From a virus (lineage: Duplodnaviria; Caudoviricetes), in the IMG/VR virus record IMGVR_UViG_3300007956_000310, positions 1 through 29,618 of that record: DNA of 29,618 nucleotides; one strand, 5' to 3'. Under the pieces are notes generated by a model, which saw only the letters and a program-made list of their open reading frames with translations, did no database searches and was not told where the DNA came from. Shown in pieces: positions 9,058 to 16,159 of this stretch. The translations under genes and the position numbers were made by a program. Positions within the stretch are counted from its first letter, which is position 1, and every line of letters begins with the position of its first letter.

Positions 9058-9419
9058 TGCCTTTTAATTTAAGATATAAAAACGTACAATCTCCTTTAAA
9101 CTGTTGGGAAGGTTATGAAAGAGTATCTGGTACTAGAAAAGGTAGTAAAGGTAGTTGTAAAAAATCTCCTCTTAATAAGCAAAAAGGTGGTGGTACTACT
9201 AAAACTTGCTTGCCTGCTTCTAAAATAAAAAGCTTATCATCTGAAAAGAAAAAAGAACTTGTTAATGCTAAAAAATCTTCAGGTGCTAGTGGCAAATATA
9301 AAAGATCATCTAAAACAAATGTAAAAGGCGCTCGTAAAAAAGGAGCTACACTTCGTGACTGGTTTGAAAAAGAAGACTGGAGAAGAGTTGATGATCCAAG
9401 TAAAAAATGTGGAGAATAA
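9057..9419 (+). CDS. Basic modular protein (CWxGY module; LRDWFEKEDW module) with two SPLN motifs
   Basis: 120 aa, very Lys-rich; MPFNLR...SPLN-CWEGY...SCKK-SPLN. Confidence 0.75.
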   Translation: MPFNLRYKNVQSPLNCWEGYERVSGTRKGSKGSCKKSPLNKQKGGGTTKTCLPASKIKSLSSEKKKELVNAKKSSGASGKYKRSSKTNVKGARKKGATLRDWFEKEDWRRVDDPSKKCGE

Positions 9420-9429
9420 AATAAAAGCA

Positions 9430-9726
9430 ATGAATAAATGCGGAAGAACAAAATCATCTCCTTTTAAATTAAGAAAAACTACCAAGGGAAAAGGTAGAAC
9501 TTTTTTATCTACAGAAGAAGGCGCAGGTATGACTAAAAAGGGAGTCTCTGATTATAAAAAAGAAAACCCTGGTAGTAAATTAAAAACAGCAGTTACAAAA
9601 TGTGATGTTAAAGTAGGCACTAAAGCTTATAAAAGACAAAAAGCATTTTGCAGTAGATCTAAAAGTTGGAATGGCGAAAGAGGTAGAGCTGCTAGAAAAA
9701 GATGGTGTTGTTCAAGATTTAATTAA
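9430..9726 (+). CDS. Basic Cys-containing protein (DUF6321-like)
   Basis: Start moved to ATG 9430; GAGMTKKG..YKKENPGSKLKTAVT...KRQKAFCSRS...ARKRWCC pattern, preceded by SSPFKLRK. DUF assignment is from recall. Confidence 0.7.
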   Translation: MNKCGRTKSSPFKLRKTTKGKGRTFLSTEEGAGMTKKGVSDYKKENPGSKLKTAVTKCDVKVGTKAYKRQKAFCSRSKSWNGERGRAARKRWCCSRFN

Positions 9727-9731
9727 AAATT

Positions 9732-9878
9732 ATGGAATCAAAAGGTTTAGGAGACTCAATAGAAAAATTTACAACAGCTACTGGTATAAAAAAATTAGCA
9801 GATTCAATACCAGGTGGTTGTGGTTGTAACAAAAGAAAAAATATATTAAATAATTATTTTCCTTATAATAATAAATAA
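9732..9878 (+). CDS. Small protein with GLGD...CGC motif (48 aa)
   Basis: Manual translation MESKGLGDSIEKFTTATGIKKLADSIPGGCGCNKRKNILNNYFPYNNK*; fills the gap. Not in ORF track. Confidence 0.75.
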   Translation: MESKGLGDSIEKFTTATGIKKLADSIPGGCGCNKRKNILNNYFPYNNK

Positions 9879-9879
9879 T

Positions 9880-10605
9880 ATGGCATTTAAATTAAGAAGT
9901 TCAGCTCCTATTAGAAAAGTAGACATGGAAGATGGTGTTTTAGGTAAAGCTAATAGAGATGGAACTATAGATATTAATAAAGATATTAAAGATCCTCAAC
10001 AAGAAAAAGAAGTTGTAGAACATGAAAAGCTTCATTTAGATCAAATGGAAAGAGGTGATTTAGATTATGATGATAAAAATGTTTATTGGAAAGGCAAAAC
10101 GTATCCAAGATCTAAAATGAAAGAAGGCGCTAAAAACCTGCCTTGGGAAAAAGAAGTGTATGATAAAACTAAAGAAGATAATAAAATGAATACAAACTTT
10201 AAATTAAAAGGACCTAGGGGACAATCAGAGCCAATGTCGGCATTGTCTAAAAGAGGATTGATTAAGGAAAAAACAATGAAAGTTAGAATAAAGCCTAGTA
10301 AAGAAGGTGAGTTATCTGACTATGCAAAAGACAGAGTTACTAAAACTAATAGAAAAGGAAAAGTAACTATAGAAGTACCTAAATCAGAAATGTGGAACGA
10401 GAAATCAAAGCTATTTGACAACGACTCTAAATCTTTTACTAGAAATGGCAAATCATACATAGATACAGTAGACCCAGCTGGACAATCCAGTGCTAAAGCT
10501 TTTAAAAAAGCAAGAAGAAGAGATAGACTAGTTAATGCTGGAGCAATGACTTTAGGCACTTTTTTGGTAGGTTCTACAATAGCTGGAGGTGGTAAAAGTA
10601 AATAA
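9880..10605 (+). CDS. HExxH zinc metallopeptidase-like protein with MAFKL leader and basic C-terminal extension
   Basis: HEKLH at 10021-10035, upstream strand GTIDIN, downstream LPWEKEVY (candidate third ligand Glu). Confidence 0.65.
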   Translation: MAFKLRSSAPIRKVDMEDGVLGKANRDGTIDINKDIKDPQQEKEVVEHEKLHLDQMERGDLDYDDKNVYWKGKTYPRSKMKEGAKNLPWEKEVYDKTKEDNKMNTNFKLKGPRGQSEPMSALSKRGLIKEKTMKVRIKPSKEGELSDYAKDRVTKTNRKGKVTIEVPKSEMWNEKSKLFDNDSKSFTRNGKSYIDTVDPAGQSSAKAFKKARRRDRLVNAGAMTLGTFLVGSTIAGGGKSK

Positions 10606-10609
10606 AATA

Positions 10610-11059
10610 ATGGAGAAAAAAACATTTAAAGAAACTAAAGTAGGTGCTTTCTTAGCTAGCAAAGCTCCTAAAGTATTACAAGCTCTTGGAGATGTACTAC
10701 CTAACCAAGGAACGCTTGGTGTAGTAAAAAACCTTATATCAAGTGATACTAAGATTAAAGCTATAGATAAAGAACAAGCTATGAAACTTATAGAACAAGA
10801 TATAGCTGAAATGAAAGAAGTATCTAGTAGATGGAGATCAGATATGAAGTCTGATTCTTGGCTAAGTAAAAATACTAGACCATTAGCTTTAGTGTTCTTA
10901 ACTGGATCAGCTGTTTTTATGATGGCTGTAGATTCTTTTCACTTACAATTTCAAGTTGATGAAGCTTGGATAAACTTATTAAAAACATTACTGGTAACAG
11001 TTTATGTAGCTTACTTCGGAAGTCGTGGTGCTGAAAAAATAACAAAAATAAATAAATAA
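10610..11059 (+). CDS. Holin, GTA 3TM-holin-like
   Basis: Start moved to ATG 10610; RWRSDMKSDSWLSKNTRPLAL, two hydrophobic helices, YFGSRGAEK ending. Confidence 0.75.
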   Translation: MEKKTFKETKVGAFLASKAPKVLQALGDVLPNQGTLGVVKNLISSDTKIKAIDKEQAMKLIEQDIAEMKEVSSRWRSDMKSDSWLSKNTRPLALVFLTGSAVFMMAVDSFHLQFQVDEAWINLLKTLLVTVYVAYFGSRGAEKITKINK

Positions 11060-11060
11060 A

Positions 11061-11399
11061 ATGCCAAACGTATATAACACAAAAAATATTAGAGGACTAG
11101 AAGGTAATGAAAATGCCGAGCCTAGAATACTTGCTCATGACGCTCTTGACTTAGGCGCAAATATGATTTTTGAACAAAGAATTCCTAACACAGAAACAAT
11201 AGGGTGCACGCTGTATGTAGGTGGTACTTTTGGTGCAATATTGGTGACTCTTGAAGGTAGTAAAGAGCCAATATTTTTTAGAGGTATAACAGCAGGTTCT
11301 TTTTTACCTATATTGATTATATCTGTAGAAGGGGTGTTTGATGAAAACGATAGTCCAATTACAGAATTTAGAGAAGGCGAACTAGTAGCTTTATATTAA
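11061..11399 (+). CDS. Hypothetical beta-rich virion protein
   Basis: 112 aa; LYVGG...F.G..AGSFLPI pattern of small phage structural proteins. Confidence 0.65.
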   Translation: MPNVYNTKNIRGLEGNENAEPRILAHDALDLGANMIFEQRIPNTETIGCTLYVGGTFGAILVTLEGSKEPIFFRGITAGSFLPILIISVEGVFDENDSPITEFREGELVALY

Positions 11400-11402
11400 A
11401 AT

Positions 11403-12077
11403 ATGAAGATTGGAATTGGGATACCAATCCCCTATTTATCTAATTTACCTGGGTCTTCAAGACCTGGAGGAGGAGGAGGAACACCTCCTGGCCCACCTAG
11501 CGTAACTCAAGTAGACAACTTATATTCATTTGAGTTTGATGGAACAACTTATATTGATGCTGGAAATATAACTGCATTAAATAGCTTGGGTGCTTTTTCA
11601 ACGTCAACTTGGATTAATTATTCAGGAGTGCCAAGCACAAGTACACACATCTTTTTATCTGGAGGTAGTTCAGGAAGTAATAGATTTTATGTTCAATTAT
11701 TAAGCTCTACCCAAATAAGATACGGTTCTGGTTCACTTTTTGACAATATATCAATATCAGCTATTAGTAGCGGAAGTTGGCATCATATTGTAACAGTACA
11801 TAACGGAACATCTTTAGAAGTTTATTTAGACGGTATTAAACAAAATAGTTCTCCAGTTACTGTAGTAGCTCCAAACGCTAATATAGGTGATAGTTTTAAA
11901 ATAGGCGAGTATTTTAGTGGTGCTTACTTTTGGAATGGCAAAATAGACGAAGTAGGAATTTTTGATGTAGCTTTAACACAACCACAAATTGAAAATATTT
12001 ATAATGCTACAACTACAGGTAAAACAGCAGACTTGAGCTCTTTATCACCTGTGGCTTGGTATAGAATGGGAGATTAA
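11403..12077 (+). CDS. LamG/concanavalin A-like lectin domain protein
   Basis: SFEFDG, FSTSTWIN, WHHIVTVHNG, VYLDG, WNGKIDEVGIFDVALT, WYRMGD; Gly/Pro linker after a short N-terminal peptide. Confidence 0.88.
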   Translation: MKIGIGIPIPYLSNLPGSSRPGGGGGTPPGPPSVTQVDNLYSFEFDGTTYIDAGNITALNSLGAFSTSTWINYSGVPSTSTHIFLSGGSSGSNRFYVQLLSSTQIRYGSGSLFDNISISAISSGSWHHIVTVHNGTSLEVYLDGIKQNSSPVTVVAPNANIGDSFKIGEYFSGAYFWNGKIDEVGIFDVALTQPQIENIYNATTTGKTADLSSLSPVAWYRMGD

Positions 12078-12079
12078 TT

Positions 12080-14590
12080 ATGGCAACAAATTATATAGCA
12101 CCAACCTGGAGAATGCCAGAAAACACTAACAAAGATAAACTTAGTAATTATAGTTTAGCTCTTGATGGAGAATCAGAATATGTAACTTTTCCACTAACTA
12201 ATTTTAAAGGTGATGATGGAACAGTGTCTTACTCATTTTGGGCAAAACCTAACACTTATGGTGGAAGTACAAATTATGGTTATTTTCTTAGCGCTTCTAC
12301 TAGAGGTGGTATATCTTATAGTGAAGGTGGTTTATCAACTGGATTAGTGCCTGGCGAGATTTATCTATACGATATGACAAATACTGGAGTTGTTGTAACT
12401 ACTACTGGTTGTATATTAGACGAAAACACTTGGAACCACATTGTAATTGTTTTTAATACTGGAAACATAGTACAATTTTATAAAAATAATTCTCTAGTTA
12501 ATACTTTAACAGGTATAACTTCTTATGTTTCTACTTGGAATACTATAGGTAGATGGACTGCAAATAATGCACATTATTTAAATGGTGCGCTTTCTTTATT
12601 TTCAATATTTGATTATGCAGTTTCACAAGAGCAAGTGAGTTATCTATACAACTTAAATAACCCAATGGCTATTACAGGTAAAAAACCTGTTGCGTATTGG
12701 TCTTTTGGTGATAATTCTAATCCAATAAGAACACAAGGGTATCCTAATCTTGCTGTTGAAGGTAATGTTTTTAATTTTAATGGAAGTACTCAAGCTATAG
12801 ATTGTGGGTCAGGTAGTAAATTTAACATAGATCAAATAACTATTTCAAGTTGGGTTAAGTTCAACTCTGTGTCACCTGTTCTTCAGATTATTGGTGGAAT
12901 TAGAAATACTAGTAATGGACTCATGCCTTATTTACTTAGCGCACAAAATAATTCAGGTACTAAATTTAGGTTTCTTATAAACCAATCATCAGACAATACA
13001 TATAAAATTATATATTCCAACGATGATATAGTAGCAAATACTTGGTATCACGTAGTAGGCATTGCTGACGGTAGTAATATTAAAATGTATGTAAATGGAT
13101 TTTTACAAACAGATCAAACAGCTTATGACGGCACTATTACTTCTCCAACTCAAAATTTTAATATAGGTAGACAACCGTCAAATCCTCTTTATTACTTAGG
13201 CGGTCAATTATCAAATATATCTGTTTTTAACACAGGATTACAAGAGTCAGACGTGGAAACTCTTTATAATAATGGTGCGCCTGGAGATATATCGTCATTA
13301 AGCCCTTTAGGTTGGTGGAAACTTAATGGCATTGAAGATATTCTTAATGGATCAAGTTGGACAATAAAAGATTACGGCTCTGGTAGTAATAATGGGACAA
13401 GTGTCGGTATTATGACTTCAGCAAATTTAGTTCAAAGCAATTTAAATAGCACAACTCCATATAGTAACTATAGTATTAAATTCAATGGAAGTACTCAATA
13501 TTTTGGTGATGGTGATTTAAATGGTGGCGTTTTTAATGGAGCTACTAGTCTTAGTATTTCTCAATGGATGACTATTGACCCAGGCGAAACTACGTCTATA
13601 GGAGCAGCGAATTGGGAAGGCTCTGGAAAATACCAATATTTAACTAGATGGCGATCAGCAAGTGGAGGATTTGATTTTTATCTTAGAGTGTCTGCAGTTT
13701 CTACATTTGCAAGATTTACTACAACAATTACACCCGGTGCTTGGTATCACGTCGTGGGAACGTGGGATGGTTCAAATACTAGAATATATGTAAATGGAGT
13801 TGCTGGAACACCTATGACCGCTGCAGGCACATTAGACGTGTCAACAGGTGAAAATTTCATAGGAAAATATCTAAATAACCGTGCAGATGGGTTAATGTCA
13901 AATTTTGCTTATTGGTATAATAAAGAATTAACGCAGCAAGAAGTATTAGAAGTTTATAATAATGGAGTTACAACAAATTTAAATAATTTTTCTGGAGGAG
14001 CTCCTACTCGTTGGTATCCAATGGATGGAAAAAGTACTTACTTTAATGGATCTACTTTAACTATAAGAGATGTTATAAATAATGTAGATATGTTAGGATA
14101 TAATATTATTCAAACTTCTATTGAAGGAAATGCACCTGGAAGTAATACTAATGGAACTGGTAATAATTTAGACATAAGTAATTTAAAAGGCGACATGAGT
14201 AATAGTATTAAGAATTCATATAGCATTAATATGGCTGATTATGGAGATCCAAACGGCCAAGGACTAACTCCAGCTAATTCAGGTAGAACAACAGATGTTC
14301 CTGGAAGTGTTGACCCAGGTGGACAATTTTCTCCTTTTAATACGTCAACTACTCCTAGAAGCTTTGAAGGAGATGCCTGTGTGGATAATAATGATGGGGA
14401 ATTTTATACACAAGAATTTCCACCTCAACCAGTTATACCTTTTGTAGGCGCAATAGTATACACTGATGCGGCGGGAACTGGATACCCTGAACAAGGTTAT
14501 TATTCTCAATTTATAGAAGAGTACAATATAAAAGTTTATTATTTAATAGGTGCTAACGGAGAGGTTACAGATTCCAATATGTGTATATAA
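12080..14590 (+). CDS. Multi-LamG (three domains) lectin protein, putative fibre/receptor-binding protein
   Basis: Three units with WNHIVIV / WYHVVGI / WYHVVGT and YLNGALS / YLGGQLSN / DGLMSN; extra C-terminal module. Confidence 0.88.
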   Translation: MATNYIAPTWRMPENTNKDKLSNYSLALDGESEYVTFPLTNFKGDDGTVSYSFWAKPNTYGGSTNYGYFLSASTRGGISYSEGGLSTGLVPGEIYLYDMTNTGVVVTTTGCILDENTWNHIVIVFNTGNIVQFYKNNSLVNTLTGITSYVSTWNTIGRWTANNAHYLNGALSLFSIFDYAVSQEQVSYLYNLNNPMAITGKKPVAYWSFGDNSNPIRTQGYPNLAVEGNVFNFNGSTQAIDCGSGSKFNIDQITISSWVKFNSVSPVLQIIGGIRNTSNGLMPYLLSAQNNSGTKFRFLINQSSDNTYKIIYSNDDIVANTWYHVVGIADGSNIKMYVNGFLQTDQTAYDGTITSPTQNFNIGRQPSNPLYYLGGQLSNISVFNTGLQESDVETLYNNGAPGDISSLSPLGWWKLNGIEDILNGSSWTIKDYGSGSNNGTSVGIMTSANLVQSNLNSTTPYSNYSIKFNGSTQYFGDGDLNGGVFNGATSLSISQWMTIDPGETTSIGAANWEGSGKYQYLTRWRSASGGFDFYLRVSAVSTFARFTTTITPGAWYHVVGTWDGSNTRIYVNGVAGTPMTAAGTLDVSTGENFIGKYLNNRADGLMSNFAYWYNKELTQQEVLEVYNNGVTTNLNNFSGGAPTRWYPMDGKSTYFNGSTLTIRDVINNVDMLGYNIIQTSIEGNAPGSNTNGTGNNLDISNLKGDMSNSIKNSYSINMADYGDPNGQGLTPANSGRTTDVPGSVDPGGQFSPFNTSTTPRSFEGDACVDNNDGEFYTQEFPPQPVIPFVGAIVYTDAAGTGYPEQGYYSQFIEEYNIKVYYLIGANGEVTDSNMCI

Positions 14591-14623
14591 CATGTAATTA
14601 ACAATTTTTTTAAAAAAAGTAAA

Positions 14624-14869
14624 ATGACAACATATATAGTGATAGATATAGATACGCAGACTAAGTTAATTGATTTTAGTCAGATAAATACAACTAGCGC
14701 TCAAACTATGAGAAGAAATCTAGCAAACACAGAGGCTATGCTATCTTATCAAGTTACTCCTAGTTTTATTACAAACGGTACAGTTGTACCTATAGCTACT
14801 TTAAATCATGATGAAGCTATTGCTTTATTAAATACTGCAGCTTGGACTGATCCTAACGTAGGTCCTTAA
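14624..14869 (+). CDS. Small hypothetical protein following the LamG genes (possible fibre accessory/chaperone)
   Basis: 81-aa ORF with A-rich leader; function inferred from position only. Confidence 0.65.
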   Translation: MTTYIVIDIDTQTKLIDFSQINTTSAQTMRRNLANTEAMLSYQVTPSFITNGTVVPIATLNHDEAIALLNTAAWTDPNVGP

Positions 14870-14895
14870 ATTAAAATACAATTAAATTAAATCAA

Positions 14896-15144
14896 ATGAA
14901 AATTAAAAAAGAAGAATTAAAACTAATTCAAGAGCAACAAAAAAAGCTTAATGAACTAGTTCACAATATAGGTTTATTAGAAAGTCAGAAACATGGATTG
15001 CTTCATGAAATAGCTGGAGTTAATAAAGAAATAGAAGATTATAAAGAAGTATTAGAAGCTGAATATGGTGCTATTAATATTGACCTTGAAAATGGTGCTT
15101 ATACTAAAATAGATACTGATGTCGAAAGTAATAAGAAAGATTAG
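14896..15144 (+). CDS. Small coiled-coil protein
   Basis: 82 aa with heptad pattern ending EYGAINIDLENG; pentamer-repeat leader. Confidence 0.75.
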   Translation: MKIKKEELKLIQEQQKKLNELVHNIGLLESQKHGLLHEIAGVNKEIEDYKEVLEAEYGAINIDLENGAYTKIDTDVESNKKD

Positions 15145-15346
15145 TATAGGTTCTGACTACAAGAACGATGCAATGCATTATTCAACTGGTCAAGAAGTAT
15201 ACGGCGGACATACTATTAGTGATATTCTATTTGAGGATAAAGACCAATCATATAATATTTTTATAACTAAAAATAATGAAGTCTTGCCTTGGAAAAAGTT
15301 TAATGCTAATATGTCGATCTCTGTAGAGTATGATCTTAAATATTAG
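15119..15346 (+). CDS. Small hypothetical protein
   Basis: 75 aa, overlaps both neighbours, globular beta-like composition. Confidence 0.75.
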   Translation: MSKVIRKISIGSDYKNDAMHYSTGQEVYGGHTISDILFEDKDQSYNIFITKNNEVLPWKKFNANMSISVEYDLKY

Positions 15347-15939
15347 TGAAAAGCTTATATTACTTTATTGTTAAGCCTTTTGAAGATAGGTATGACAATA
15401 TACGACAAGTTGATGGTAATGACCTTATTATCAATACTGGTATTGAAGATCATAGATTTATTAGTAAAAAAGCTGTAGTAGTTTCTACTCCTGCAGCTTA
15501 TACTACTAAAATAAATATAGGAGATGAATTATATATTCACCATAATATATTTAGAAGATGGTATGATCAAAAAGGTAAAGAACGAAATAGCTCAACTCAT
15601 TTTAAAGATGATTTATATTTTGTTTCACCTGAACAAATCTATATGTATAACTTAAAACCACATTTAGATTATTGCTTTATAAAACCAATTAAAAACCAAA
15701 GTATTCTAGAGAACAGAAAAGAACAACCTAATGTTGGCATAGTAAAATATTCTAACAAGTCCTTAGAAGCTCTAGGAATCACACCTGAAACACTTATTAC
15801 GTTTACACCTAACTCAGAGTTTGAGTTTATTATAGAAGGTGAACGACTTTATTGTATGAAATCTAATGATATAGCTTTAACTCATGAATACCAAGGAAAC
15901 GAAGAAGAAAATAATCCAAGCTGGGCAAAAAGCAGTTGA
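15346..15939 (+). CDS. Divergent tandem GroES-like (Cpn10-fold x2) protein
   Basis: GTG start; half 1 YFIVKP...GNDLIINT...AVVVSTP...INIGDELYI; half 2 YCFIKP...GIVKY...EFIIEGERLYCMKSNDI. Confidence 0.6.
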   Translation: MKSLYYFIVKPFEDRYDNIRQVDGNDLIINTGIEDHRFISKKAVVVSTPAAYTTKINIGDELYIHHNIFRRWYDQKGKERNSSTHFKDDLYFVSPEQIYMYNLKPHLDYCFIKPIKNQSILENRKEQPNVGIVKYSNKSLEALGITPETLITFTPNSEFEFIIEGERLYCMKSNDIALTHEYQGNEEENNPSWAKSS

Positions 15940-16159
15940 GGAACTTATTAAGGTGGCAAAAGAAAAGATTGTTGACTCAGACGATGATGTAAGCGCTGAT
16001 AGATTAAAGAATGCTGCCGCAACAAAGAAACTAGCCATATTCGATGCTTTTGAAATACTTAATCGTATACAGATAGAAGAAGATATGCTAAATGAAAAAC
16101 CTAAAGAAGTTAAAGTAGAAAAAACTTTTAAAGGTTTTGCAGAAGGGAGAAGTAAGTGA
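15884..16159 (+). CDS. Putative terminase small subunit
   Basis: 91-aa helical protein with GTGA overlap onto the terminase large subunit; call is positional. Confidence 0.55.
   Translation: MNTKETKKKIIQAGQKAVEELIKVAKEKIVDSDDDVSADRLKNAAATKKLAIFDAFEILNRIQIEEDMLNEKPKEVKVEKTFKGFAEGRSK

Noticed and set aside
128-14590. Diversity-generating retroelement acting on fibre genes
   Set aside because: No reverse transcriptase and no adenine-specific TR/VR repeat pair noticed in this window.
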